From: Balanoglossus misakiensis
Lineage: Eukaryota > Animalia > Hemichordata
Assembly: GCA_040954595.2 (NCBI GenBank)
Contig: CM082590.2
Span: 186,001-250,000, forward strand
Direction: 5' to 3'
Length of the DNA: 64,000 nt
Shown: piece by piece, positions 27,258-40,441 of the stretch
Numbering within the stretch: position 1 is the stretch's first letter
Layout: each line of letters begins with the position of its first letter
Translations under genes and position numbers: made by a program
The notes under the pieces: model-generated
Seen by the model: the letters and a program-made list of their open reading frames with translations, nothing else
Databases searched by the model: none
Told to the model about the DNA's origin: nothing

Positions 27258-28520
27258 CCCTTACGAAAAAATAAGGCTTCTGGCGAACAGTTGTGGTAAA
27301 CTTACCGCAACTTTGCAGCACATATACCGCAACTGTTTGCGGCGCACGCGCGGCTAATGCATATTTTCGCATGCAAATGAGCTGTTGCGGCGAACAGTTG
27401 CGGTAAACATACCGCAACTTTGTGCGTTTGCGGCGTATATGCCGCAAATTATGACCTCTTGTTAATACATGTAATTAATCCCTACTGTGGCCCCTTCTTA
27501 GCTACCAGCCACCCGTGAAAAGAATTGCCAATCTATCCACACTGTTCTGAAGTTTGCATACTTCACAGTACAATGTACATGTATCTTGGTTCAGCAAATC
27601 TTAATTCTCATGTGAATTTGGTGTGTCATATTCATACATGTACTTCCCATAAGGAGAGTTATCCTAAGTATATTCAATAGGCTTAGACAAAACATCCTTT
27701 CTTTGTTAAATTGTGACCCTCATTGTTTATTTCAACAGCAGGCATTATTTTATAGTTATCTCAAGTGATTCAACTACCACAGAAACCAACAAAATTTAGA
27801 AAACTCACCCAGCTGTGTACATGTCATTGCAATGTTCTTGTCTCAAGTGTCCTCTTACTGGTATAAATTGTCTTGGATCAACACCAGAGTTTTTCTTTTG
27901 CAGACACTTTTCCATTTAGTCTGACTTTTAGTACAAGATTATGACATCATCCTCAGGAATTGTTCAAACTACTGACCTCTGGTAATGCACAAATATCGCT
28001 ACCACAGTATTCAAGTGAAGCTGCTTCCAGCTGTATGGATTGGTGACATCAAATTCATGGTTTTTGATGGGCACAGTGACTACAGTGTAACCTTACACAA
28101 TCAAAATGTCCGCCTAAATGAAACCAGCCTCATTCTCGTTTCTGCACATGTCACCAAAAAGTAATTATAACCAGCTGCATATTCAAACTCTGTTTACTAG
28201 AACGTTCTGGCATATATACCGCAACCGTGCCGCAACAGACTCCACTGATCACCAGATAATATCAAACTCCCTGTTTACTTTACTTTTGCGGCATATGCGC
28301 CGCAAAAGGCTCCACTGATCACCAGTAGTACAAGACACTCTTTGTTTACTTAAATGTTGCGGCATACGTGCCGCAAAAGTCTTGACTGATCGCCAGAAGT
28401 GTGCCGGTACTGGCGATCATCGGCGATTAGTCGCCACAAAGTTGCGGTCAGAAATTTGCGTGCCGCACATGTGCCGCAACTTCGCCGCATGTTTGCCGCA
28501 AGAAAACAACTTCGTAAGGG
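27258..28520. mobile_element. Non-autonomous EnSpm/CACTA (CMC)-like element, 1263 bp
   Basis: TIR CCCTTACGAA...TTCGTAAGGG with a 2-bp AA TSD relative to the empty site gtacaaacattac. Many CCGCAA/TTGCGG subterminal motifs sit at both ends around an AT-rich non-coding interior. Confidence 0.85.
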
Positions 28521-31500
28521 AACATTACGTCCAATCCAAATGTTCAGCAAATTTTGCATTTGACACATTCAAAATAGTGGACTGCCTTTGCTTCCTTCCA
28601 TATTTTATGCACAGCGTATAATCAGACTTTAGTTTTGTCCTGTCTTTTCACCCATTATTTGTTCTCTTTTCCTGATCTCCGACAGAGACTATGGTTGCCA
28701 CCATCTTGTCCGTTGTTAGGACAGCATACTGCCTTATGGCACTGACTATATACAATTATTGTAACCATAGTCTCTGGTTTGGCACATGGTAAATTTTATC
28801 AAAATTATTGCTGCGGGCCCTACATTTCCTTTGCAAAAGAATTAAAACTGCATTGTATAGCAAACGAAAATTCTGTAACTTCCCAAATCCTGATCTCAGG
28901 GTTTCAACATTTCTTGGAATTTCTTGAGTTTGTAAAATTTGCTGGAAAGTACTTGATTGTCCTACAAAATTGAAATTTGTCCTACAAAATTGAAATTTAT
29001 CCTACAAAATTGATTTACCACCTGTGCTGTCTTAAAATGTCACTTGTCATAGAAAGCTTTATCAATTACTTCTGGAGAACAGCATTGCTGATTTTAAAAA
29101 CTTGAAAACTGGTGAGAAAATTCTTGTAAACTTCTGGAATTTTATGTTTGTGAACTACTGGTATGTAACTACAATAACAGGTTTCTTTCCTTGGGATCAG
29201 CTCACTCCATAACAATATGTTTTTGTTTTGTTTTTTTACATCAGAAACTGAAGTCTTACAGACTTTCCATGAACAGGTTTCTGTCATTCAAAGAGTTTCT
29301 GTTTGGTGGCTGCACACCATAGTACCAACAATGTTTAAAGTCAACACCAGCGACTACGTACGCAGGTAACAATTCAAGTTTGAGTTCAAAGCACTTGGAA
29401 AACATGGTTTGGTTGTACGTTGGTGAAGTTTCAAAGGCCGAGGATTGTCTTATGCACATGTGCCTAATTTCGTGTATACAAACATTGCATCCAATCCATA
29501 TGTTCTTCAAATTTTGCATTCAAAATGTGGACTGCCTTCGCTTCCTTCCATAATTCATGCACACCGTACAAGTAGACTTAAGTTTTGTCCCTTCTTTTCA
29601 CCCAATTTGCTGTCTTTTCCCGATCTCTGACATAGAATATGTCGCCGCCATCTTGTCTGTTGTTAGGACAGCACACTGCCTTGTGGCATTGACTGTGTAC
29701 ATTTTTTGTAATCAGAGTCTCTGGTTCGGCACATGTGCATTAGATGATTGTCGCCCTTTAAACCCCGGTGAGGGGTATAAAAGACCCCCCAAATCAGTGG
29801 CGAACCTTAATGCCATTTGACTGACAACAGACAACACCAACGATCTTGGCTCTATGAAAATCGGCCCAAACAGGTCCAAGCATAAAGAATTACACCACAC
29901 AACGACAGAAGTTGGCTTTATAAACACACACAGCATAAAGTTATCGACGAAAAATACACGAGCTTTTGAAACAACGATGATTTTGGGAGAAATCTGGTTT
30001 CAGTGCTTTTCAGAAGCGTCCCTGGGAAACAATAACCACGCCATTCAAACAGCTGTCAATCGCATAGAGGTGTAAAGTGTTCAATTATTTTCTATGTACA
30101 TGAGATCAATTACACAGTCATTATGCACGACGACCACTCCCAAATAAACAACTATACAAACACACGTTAATCCGAATCCCCGGTCTTTCTGTCTTTACTT
30201 TAATACAAGAGTATTTGATATTTTGATATCAACAGATACCAACCACCACAGCTGGCGATTTCCAACCTGTACTGGAAGGGCTGGTTGCTTTTACTTGTTG
30301 TTTCAGCATTTAACCCGGCAAACATTGGTAAGTTTCAACTATGGACTCACATTCAATCAAATTCAATGTTCATTGCTAAGACATCATTCTGTAGATAGTG
30401 TCACATCTTGTTTTCAAAATCACAGAAATGATTTGATTTCTCTCTTTCAGGCCACAAAGCATGGGAGGAGTATCCGATGTTGAAGTGTATGATGGAAATG
30501 TGTATGACAAAGTGAGTGCCTTATTATGTATATGGAACTTTGAGGGTGTCAGGGATTGTACTCAAAGAACTTGACTTAGAATTCAGTATAAATACATGTA
30601 GACGTGTCCCTGTCTGTATACAGACAAGACTTCACTTGTCATATCATTTGCATTTATCCCTTTATTGATTTAGCTTGCCAAAATGGAGAAACAAGATATC
30701 TTGGAGTTTGAAAGTCATTTGGCAGCAGCCTCCACTCATATGCATATTGATGAGAGCACTAGTTTGTTGCTGGCTCAGTTAACAGGAATGGATCCACAGT
30801 AAGTTTGACTTTTTATTCAGTCAACATGCGCCCAGATAAACGATTTCACGTCTAGAAATTGGAACCTAGCACATCATAAGACCTAATTCTGTATTCTGTG
30901 GATTTTTGGACTACAGCTGGAAATTCTTGAGCGATCGCAATCTGAACATACTGAAAAGCGTACAATCCGTTGGCTATACAATTTTAACGCTGTACTGCAG
31001 TAGTGGGCCGATGATGTGATTTTAATCTACGAGTTTCAAGTCTTGTGAAATAATGTGGCCTCACATATCTATAACCCAACAAAATTGCATCTGATTTTGA
31101 TATTACATGACGCTCTGTTGAGATAGTCCACTGATTCAGCACATTCTCAAAAATAGTTCTGGGCACACAGTGAAAATCTGTTTCTGTATTTTCACCAGTG
31201 AAAATACAAGCTCATATCTTCACCGTTAGAACAATAGCACAGTGGCAAATGCAGGCGTTGCATGTATGATAAATTGACCGTCTTAGGACCATCAAAAGAG
31301 CATTTACACTGAAAATCGTCGCACCTGCAACGACCCATCGACTGAGCCGTTGATTTTATTTATCGACGCACTCGATTGTTATCAGGCTGACTGAATGGGC
31401 ATGTAACAGAATTTGCAACATTGTTGTGTTGAAGCAGACGCAGAGTCTCGGATTACATTACAGAGTGAATATACGACCGAGACACTTGATGAAATCAAAA

Positions 31501-31588
31501 GTTCAAACTTTGTAATGAATAAAGAACACGGTAAAAGTTGTGCGTGTTTTTTCCATTATTTTAAATGAAAGACATACTAGTATATTCA

Positions 31589-31903
31589 TCATGCATGATT
31601 CACTAAGAAACATTTATTCCACTGAAACACACCAAGCGATCGAAAGATAAAATACAAAGGACATGAGTAGAGGTCAGTCAGACGTTTGTGAGTTCCGCTG
31701 ACCCGATTCTTGAACTTCGAAAAGTCATCTTCCGTGAAAAACTTCAGCGAAGTCGTTGAAATGAAGTCCTGCTCTTCAAAATCGGATCGATACTTCAGTA
31801 GAGTTGGGCTTATGGAAACCAGAAATCTCTCGACCGTTGACATGTTACTTGGAGACTTTGATTCCATGTTTATCATAGACAGATATTTACTGATGTCTTC
31901 CAC
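31589..31903 (-). CDS. SAM (sterile alpha motif)-like ORF inside the transposon, probably 3'-truncated, reads into the left TIR
   Basis: VERFLVSISPTLLKYRSDFEEQDFISTTSLKFFTEDDFSKFKNRVSGTHKRL fits the SAM pattern V..(W/F)L.SI..L..Y...F.E..I....L..LTEEDL......GH+K.I. The tail (YFIFRSLGVFQWNKCFLVNHA) is encoded by the TIR. Confidence 0.6.
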   Translation of the reverse strand: MEDISKYLSMINMESKSPSNMSTVERFLVSISPTLLKYRSDFEEQDFISTTSLKFFTEDDFSKFKNRVSGTHKRLTDLYSCPLYFIFRSLGVFQWNKCFLVNHA

Positions 31904-32214
31904 ACACGCACGTGTCTCACGCAGTGAAACTGTCGGGCGGAAGGATCAACAAATTAGGGGGGGGGTCGTGTATGAACTCAGAACGAGAACAAAACTTTTC
32001 CACATCACAATCAATTTTGTAAAACGTTACCTGTCAAAAATATTCCAATTATACAATTTAATGTCATCTTAATTACCAATGTACTCAGTATGGTTATTTT
32101 TAATGGAAGTTTGAGCAAAGTCATCAAAATGTAAGTTGGTATGTTCCGGCCTAACCAATAGGGAACATTCCCGCCTTGTCCACAACCTTATATTTGATTA
32201 ATATCGTAAGAAAT

Positions 32215-32691
32215 ATGGAAGTGAGCCGGAGCGGACGCTCGTTTTCTCGCGGAAAACCACTCTCAAGTGACTTGCGTTCATTGATCAGAAATGAAATGGT
32301 GACACTCGGAGCAAATCAGAGGACCGGGTATTTTCCAGTTGGTTGTTTGAAAAAAGTAGCGGACAGGTTCAGAGTGAACAAATCGACAGTGAGTCGGTTT
32401 TGGAAACACTACTGTGAAACCGGTGAAATCGATCCACCCACTCCTCGTGGATCAACCCAGCAGAGCAAGCTCACCGATCCTGATCTGGAATTTATCGAGA
32501 TGTTGAAAAGGGAAAGACCTTCCATTACGTACCAGGAAATAGTGGACCAACTGATGCAATACGGCACGGTTAACTCGGTCAGCGTTAGTACCGTGGGTAG
32601 AGCTGTTCGTAATGAACTAACTGGCGGTCCGTGGACATTTACCAGAATGTCTGTCATCAATCAACATCGTTTGACCGAAGAGTGCGAATGA
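32215..32691 (+). CDS. Paired (Pax)-domain-like DNA-binding protein; truncated Tc1/mariner-type transposase N-terminus with no DDE domain
   Basis: First ATG at 32215. VSRSGRSFSRGKPLS, RVNKSTVSRFWKHYCETGEIDP, KRERPSITYQEIVDQL and VSVSTVGRAVRN align in order with the paired-box motifs [53 protein letters not shown] and PSVSSINRIIRN. Confidence 0.85.
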   Translation: MEVSRSGRSFSRGKPLSSDLRSLIRNEMVTLGANQRTGYFPVGCLKKVADRFRVNKSTVSRFWKHYCETGEIDPPTPRGSTQQSKLTDPDLEFIEMLKRERPSITYQEIVDQLMQYGTVNSVSVSTVGRAVRNELTGGPWTFTRMSVINQHRLTEECE

Positions 32692-32828
32692 TCACCCCAA
32701 ACGATACGCACGGGTATTATGCTGCAACTGGTTATATACAAGTACCGCAACTTTGAGTTTTCACCCATGTCGAGTTTTGATCAAACGGACAACTTCAATG
32801 TTAGAATCTACCGGAGTCTTGCATCACC

Positions 32829-32888
32829 TAACCCTGCGTACAGGTCTGTGTGTAACGCCGGGAACACACAGACCTGTACGCTGGGTTA
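32829..32888. mobile_element. 60-bp hairpin mini-element with 9-bp TSD nested in the transposon (copy 1)
   Basis: TGCATCACC|TAACCCTGCGTACAGGTCTGTGTGT-aacgccggga-ACACACAGACCTGTACGCTGGGTTA|TGCATCACC. The stem is 25 bp with one mismatch. Confidence 0.75.
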
Positions 32889-35637
32889 TGCATCACCATG
32901 TGCTGTGTATTTTATCTTTCGATCGCTTGGTGTGTTTCAGTGGAATAAATGTTTCTTAGTGAATCATGCATGATGAATATACTAGTATGTCTTTCATTTA
33001 AAATAATGGAAAAAACACGCACAACTTTTACCGTGTTCTTTATTCATTACAAAGTTTGAACTTTTGATTTCATCAAGTGTCTCGGTCGTATATTCACTCT
33101 GTATTGTAATCCGAGACTCTGCGTCTGCTTCAACACAACAATGTTGCAAATTCTGTTACATGCCCATTCAGTCAGCCTGATAACAATCGAGTGCGTCGAT
33201 AAATAAAATCAACGGCTCAGTCGATGGGTCGTTGCAGGTGCGACGATTTTCAGTGTATGCACAGGGACTGTTTTGAAAGCAATGGTTCAAACAGACTTTA
33301 AAAATAAGTACCAACACATGAACACAGCTGGAATATACTGGGTTTCCAAACCCCCATTGTGGCAACCGGAATGTCTGATACCTGTCCTTGATTTCTTCCT
33401 CACAGTGGTGTTGCAAGAAGACTGCCCTCACAGGTCATGGAACAGTTGAAGAATCTCAACCAAACCTTGAAGATCGGTCATTTGCTGTGCAGAAGCTGAG
33501 GACCAGACTTCCTCCTGGATGTCATCCAACGTCAGGTAAAAATGTCAGCTTACAGCTGTTGAAAGCCAAAGACTCAAATTGAGCATTGTGGCTTTTTAGG
33601 TCCCATTGGGACCTTATAGGATTGGTTGCATCTGTATCTATCTATGTATGGATGTATGTCTGTCCGTCCGTCCACATCAAAAACGTGAAAACCACTGTGC
33701 ATATCACCTCAATATTTTTATTTTGAGTCAACTGACCAATATTCAAATGTTGACAGAAATATTTTCCGATTACCAACTTCCTGAGATAGAAAATCACTCA
33801 AGTTTACAGACGTACATAATAAACGATATGCAGCCTTTAAATCCTATCATTCGGTATTTTGAGAAATTACAAAATAAAAGTTGATCCAACAATTTTAGAA
33901 TGGGTGCAATATCGTGTGTACAAACATTACGTCCAATCCAAATGTTCAGCAAATTTTGCATTTGACACATTCAAAATAGTGGACTGCCTTTGCTTCCTTC
34001 CATATTTTATGCACAGCGTATAATCAGACTTTAGTTTTGTCCTGTCTTTTCACCCATTATTTGTTCTCTTTTCCTGATCTCCGACAGAGACTATGGTTGC
34101 CACCATCTTGTCCGTTGTTAGGACAGCATACTGCCTTATGGCACTGACTATATACAATTATTGTAACCATAGTCTCTGGTTTGGCACATGGTAAATTTTA
34201 TCAAAATTATTGCTGCGGGCCCTACATTTCCTTTGCAAAAGAATTAAAACTGCATTGTATAGCAAACGAAAATTCTGTAACTTCCCAAATCCTGATCTCA
34301 GGGTTTCAACATTTCTTGGAATTTCTTGAGTTTGTAAAATTTGCTGGAAAGTACTTGATTGTCCTACAAAATTGAAATTTGTCCTACAAAATTGAAATTT
34401 ATCCTACAAAATTGATTTACCACCTGTGCTGTCTTAAAATGTCACTTGTCATAGAAAGCTTTATCAATTACTTCTGGAGAACAGCATTGCTGATTTTAAA
34501 AACTTGAAAACTGGTGAGAAAATTCTTGTAAACTTCTGGAATTTTATGTTTGTGAACTACTGGTATGTAACTACAATAACAGGTTTCTTTCCTTGGGATC
34601 AGCTCACTCCATAACAATATGTTTTTGTTTTGTTTTTTTACATCAGAAACTGAAGTCTTACAGACTTTCCATGAACAGGTTTCTGTCATTCAAAGAGTTT
34701 CTGTTTGGTGGCTGCACACCATAGTACCAACAATGTTTAAAGTCAACACCAGCGACTACGTACGCAGGTAACAATTCAAGTTTGAGTTCAAAGCACTTGG
34801 AAAACATGGTTTGGTTGTACGTTGGTGAAGTTTCAAAGGCCGAGGATTGTCTTATGCACATGTGCCTAATTTCGTGTATACAAACATTGCATCCAATCCA
34901 TATGTTCTTCAAATTTTGCATTCAAAATGTGGACTGCCTTCGCTTCCTTCCATAATTCATGCACACCGTACAAGTAGACTTAAGTTTTGTCCCTTCTTTT
35001 CACCCAATTTGCTGTCTTTTCCCGATCTCTGACATAGAATATGTCGCCGCCATCTTGTCTGTTGTTAGGACAGCACACTGCCTTGTGGCATTGACTGTGT
35101 ACATTTTTTGTAATCAGAGTCTCTGGTTCGGCACATGTGCATTAGATGATTGTCGCCCTTTAAACCCCGGTGAGGGGTATAAAAGACCCCCCAAATCAGT
35201 GGCGAACCTTAATGCCATTTGACTGACAACAGACAACACCAACGATCTTGGCTCTATGAAAATCGGCCCAAACAGGTCCAAGCATAAAGAATTACACCAC
35301 ACAACGACAGAAGTTGGCTTTATAAACACACACAGCATAAAGTTATCGACGAAAAATACACGAGCTTTTGAAACAACGATGATTTTGGGAGAAATCTGGT
35401 TTCAGTGCTTTTCAGAAGCGTCCCTGGGAAACAATAACCACGCCATTCAAACAGCTGTCAATCGCATAGAGGTGTAAAGTGTTCAATTATTTTCTATGTA
35501 CATGAGATCAATTACACAGTCATTATGCACGACGACCACTCCCAAATAAACAACTATACAAACACACGTTAATCCGAATCCCCGGTCTTTCTGTCTTTAC
35601 TTTAATACAAGAGTATTTGATATTTTGATATCAACAG

Positions 35638-36986
35638 ATACCAACCACCACAGCTGGCGATTTCCAACCTGTACTGGAAGGGCTGGTTGCTTTTACTTGT
35701 TGTTTCAGCATTTAACCCGGCAAACATTGGTAAGTTTCAACTATGGACTCACATTCAATCAAATTCAATGTTCATTGCTAAGACATCATTCTGTAGATAG
35801 TGTCACATCTTGTTTTCAAAATCACAGAAATGATTTGATTTCTCTCTTTCAGGCCACAAAGCATGGGAGGAGTATCCGATGTTGAAGTGTATGATGGAAA
35901 TGTGTATGACAAAGTGAGTGCCTTATTATGTATATGGAACTTTGAGGGTGTCAGGGATTGTACTCAAAGAACTTGACTTAGAATTCAGTATAAATACATG
36001 TAGACGTGTCCCTGTCTGTATACAGACAAGACTTCACTTGTCATATCATTTGCATTTATCCCTTTATTGATTTAGCTTGCCAAAATGGAGAAACAAGATA
36101 TCTTGGAGTTTGAAAGTCATTTGGCAGCAGCCTCCACTCATATGCATATTGATGAGAGCACTAGTTTGTTGCTGGCTCAGTTAACAGGAATGGATCCACA
36201 GTAAGTTTGACTTTTTATTCAGTCAACATGCGCCCAGATAAACGATTTCACGTCTAGAAATTGGAACCTAGCACATCATAAGACCTAATTCTGTATTCTG
36301 TGGATTTTTGGACTACAGCTGGAAATTCTTGAGCGATCGCAATCTGAACATACTGAAAAGCGTACAATCCGTTGGCTATACAATTTTAACGCTGTACTGC
36401 AGTAGTGGGCCGATGATGTGATTTTAATCTACGAGTTTCAAGTCTTGTGAAATAATGTGGCCTCACATATCTATAACCCAACAAAATTGCATCTGATTTT
36501 GATATTACATGACGCTCTGTTGAGATAGTCCACTGATTCAGCACATTCTCAAAAATAGTTCTGGGCACACAGTGAAAATCTGTTTCTGTATTTTCACCAG
36601 TGAAAATACAAGCTCATATCTTCACCGTTAGAACAATAGCACAGTGGCAAATGCAGGCGTTGCATGTATGATAAATTGACAGTCTTAGGACCATCAAAAG
36701 AGCATTTATGCACAGGGACTGTTTTGAAAGCAATGGTTCAAACAGACTTTAAAAATAAGTACCAACACATGAACACAGCTGGAATATACTGGGTTTCCAA
36801 ACCCCCATTGTGGCAACCGGAATGTCTGATACCTGTCCTTGATTTCTTCCTCACAGTGGTGTTGCAAGAAGACTGCCCTCACAGGTCATGGAACAGTTGA
36901 AGAATCTCAACCAAACCTTGAAGATCGGTCATTTGCTGTGCAGAAGCTGAGGACCAGACTTCCTCCTGGATGTCATCCAACGTCAG
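35638..36986 (+). pseudogene. INTS1: INTS1 four-exon fragment, unit 10
   Basis: Same exons, splice sites and TGA as unit 1. Confidence 0.9.
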
Positions 36987-39900
36987 GTAAAAATGTCAGC
37001 TTACAGCTGTTGAAAGCCAAAGACTCAAATTGAGCATTGTGGCTTTTTAGGTCCCATTGGGACCTTATAGGATTGGTTGCATCTGTATCTATCTATGTAT
37101 GGATGTATGTCTGTCCGTCCGTCCACATCAAAAACGTGAAAACCACTGTGCATATCACCTCAATATTTTTATTTTGAGTCAACTGACCAATATTCAAATG
37201 TTGACAGAAATATTTTCCGATTACCAACTTCCTGAGATAGAAAATCACTCAAGTTTACAGACGTACATAATAAACGATATGCAGCCTTTAAATCCTATCA
37301 TTCGGTATTTTGAGAAATTACAAAATAAAAGTTGATCCAACAATTTTAGAATGGGTGCAATATCGTGTCTACAAACATTACGTCCAATCCAAATGTTCAG
37401 CAAATTTTGCATTTGACACATTCAAAATAGTGGACTGCCTTTGCTTCCTTCCATATTTTATGCACAGCGTATAATCAGACTTTAGTTTTGTCCTGTCTTT
37501 TCACCCATTATTTGTTCTCTTTTCCTGATCTCCGACAGAGACTATGGTTGCCACCATCTTGTCCGTTGTTAGGACAGCATACTGCCTTATGGCACTGACT
37601 ATATACAATTATTGTAACCATAGTCTCTGGTTTGGCACATGGTAAATTTTATCAAAATTATTGCTGCGGGCCCTACATTTCCTTTGCAAAAGAATTAAAA
37701 CTGCATTGTATAGCAAACGAAAATTCTGTAACTTCCCAAATCCTGATCTCAGGGTTTCAACATTTCTTGGAATTTCTTGAGTTTGTAAAATTTGCTGGAA
37801 AGTACTTGATTGTCCTACAAAATTGAAATTTGTCCTACAAAATTGAAATTTATCCTACAAAATTGATTTACCACCTGTGCTGTCTTAAAATGTCACTTGT
37901 CATAGAAAGCTTTATCAATTACTTCTGGAGAACAGCATTGCTGATTTTAAAAACTTGAAAACTGGTGAGAAAATTCTTGTAAACTTCTGGAATTTTATGT
38001 TTGTGAACTACTGGTATGTAACTACAATAACAGGTTTCTTTCCTTGGGATCAGCTCACTCCATAACAATATGTTTTTGTTTTGTTTTTTTACATCAGAAA
38101 CTGAAGTCTTACAGACTTTCCATGAACAGGTTTCTGTCATTCAAAGAGTTTCTGTTTGGTGGCTGCACACCATAGTACCAACAATGTTTAAAGTCAACAC
38201 CAGCGACTACGTACGCAGGTAACAATTCAAGTTTGAGTTCAAAGCACTTGGAAAACATGGTTTGGTTGTACGTTGGTGAAGTTTCAAAGGCCGAGGATTG
38301 TCTTATGCACATGTGCCTAATTTCGTGTATACAAACATTGCATCCAATCCATATGTTCTTCAAATTTTGCATTCAAAATGTGGACTGCCTTCGCTTCCTT
38401 CCATAATTCATGCACACCGTACAAGTAGACTTAAGTTTTGTCCCTTCTTTTCACCCAATTTGCTGTCTTTTCCCGATCTCTGACATAGAATATGTCGCCG
38501 CCATCTTGTCTGTTGTTAGGACAGCACACTGCCTTGTGGCATTGACTGTGTACATTTTTTGTAATCAGAGTCTCTGGTTCGGCACATGTGCATTAGATGA
38601 TTGTCGCCCTTTAAACCCCGGTGAGGGGTATAAAAGACCCCCCAAATCAGTGGCGAACCTTAATGCCATTTGACTGACAACAGACAACACCAACGATCTT
38701 GGCTCTATGAAAATCGGCCCAAACAGGTCCAAGCATAAAGAATTACACCACACAACGACAGAAGTTGGCTTTATAAACACACACAGCATAAAGTTATCGA
38801 CGAAAAATACACGAGCTTTTGAAACAACGATGATTTTGGGAGAAATCTGGTTTCAGTGCTTTTCAGAAGCGTCCCTGGGAAACAATAACCACGCCATTCA
38901 AACAGCTGTCAATCGCATAGAGGTGTAAAGTGTTCAATTATTTTCTATGTACATGAGATCAATTACACAGTCATTATGCACGACGACCACTCCCAAATAA
39001 ACAACTATACAAACACACGTTAATCCGAATCCCCGGTCTTTCTGTCTTTACTTTAATACAAGAGTATTTGATATTTTGATATCAACAGATACCAACCACC
39101 ACAGCTGGCGATTTCCAACCTGTACTGGAAGGGCTGGTTGCTTTTACTTGTTGTTTCAGCATTTAACCCGGCAAACATTGGTAAGTTTCAACTATGGACT
39201 CACATTCAATCAAATTCAATGTTCATTGCTAAGACATCATTCTGTAGATAGTGTCACATCTTGTTTTCAAAATCACAGAAATGATTTGATTTCTCTCTTT
39301 CAGGCCACAAAGCATGGGAGGAGTATCCGATGTTGAAGTGTATGATGGAAATGTGTATGACAAAGTGAGTGCCTTATTATGTATATGGAACTTTGAGGGT
39401 GTCAGGGATTGTACTCAAAGAACTTGACTTAGAATTCAGTATAAATACATGTAGACGTGTCCCTGTCTGTATACAGACAAGACTTCACTTGTCATATCAT
39501 TTGCATTTATCCCTTTATTGATTTAGCTTGCCAAAATGGAGAAACAAGATATCTTGGAGTTTGAAAGTCATTTGGCAGCAGCCTCCACTCATATGCATAT
39601 TGATGAGAGCACTAGTTTGTTGCTGGCTCAGTTAACAGGAATGGATCCACAGTAAGTTTGACTTTTTATTCAGTCAACATGCGCCCAGATAAACGATTTC
39701 ACGTCTAGAAATTGGAACCTAGCACATCATAAGACCTAATTCTGTATTCTGTGGATTTTTGGACTACAGCTGGAAATTCTTGAGCGATCGCAATCTGAAC
39801 ATACTGAAAAGCGTACAATCCGTTGGCTATACAATTTTAACGCTGTACTGCAGTAGTGGGCCGATGATGTGATTTTAATCTACGAGTTTCAAGTCTTGTG

Positions 39901-40441
39901 AAATAATGTGGCCTCACATATCTATAACCCAACAAAATTGCATCTGATTTTGATATTACATGACGCTCTGTTGAGATAGTCCACTGATTCAGCACATTCT
40001 CAAAAATAGTTCTGGGCACACAGTGAAAATCTGTTTCTGTATTTTCACCAGTGAAAATACAAGCTCATATCTTCACCGTTAGAACAATAGCACAGTGGCA
40101 AATGCAGGCGTTGCATGTATGATAAATTGACCGTCTTAGGACCATCAAAAGAGCATTTACACTGAAAATCGTCGCACCTGCAACGACCCATCGACTGAGC
40201 CGTTGATTTTATTTATCGACGCACTCGATTGTTATCAGGCTGACTGAATGGGCATGTAACAGAATTTGCAACATTGTTGTGTTGAAGCAGACGCAGAGTC
40301 TCGGATTACATTACAGAGTGAATATACGACCGAGACACTTGATGAAATCAAAAGTTCAAACTTTGTAATGAATAAAGAACACGGTAAAAGTTGTGCGTGT
40401 TTTTTCCATTATTTTAAATGAAAGACATACTAGTATATTCA

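Larger units (their letters stand above)
31307..33255. mobile_element. Tc1/mariner-like non-autonomous transposon, 1949 bp, 350-bp TIRs, copy 1
   Basis: The empty site GCATTTATGC becomes GCATTTA|CACTGAAAATCG...CGATTTTCAGTG|TATGC (TA TSD). TIRs at 31307-31656 and 32906-33255 are nearly perfect. A paired-like transposase N-terminus lies inside. Confidence 0.93.
30236..33535 (+). pseudogene. INTS1: INTS1 four-exon fragment, unit 9 (transposon in third intron)
   Basis: Same exons, with a 1951-bp insertion in the third intron. Confidence 0.9.

Noticed and set aside
32215-32691. A genuine host Pax gene
   Set aside because: It is intronless, lies between TIRs with a TA TSD, is much more diverged than true Pax paired boxes, and has no octapeptide or homeodomain.
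32719-32973. Continuation of the transposase (DDE domain) after the stop
   Set aside because: No catalytic motif is visible, and the ORF is largely made of the nested hairpin and TIR sequence.
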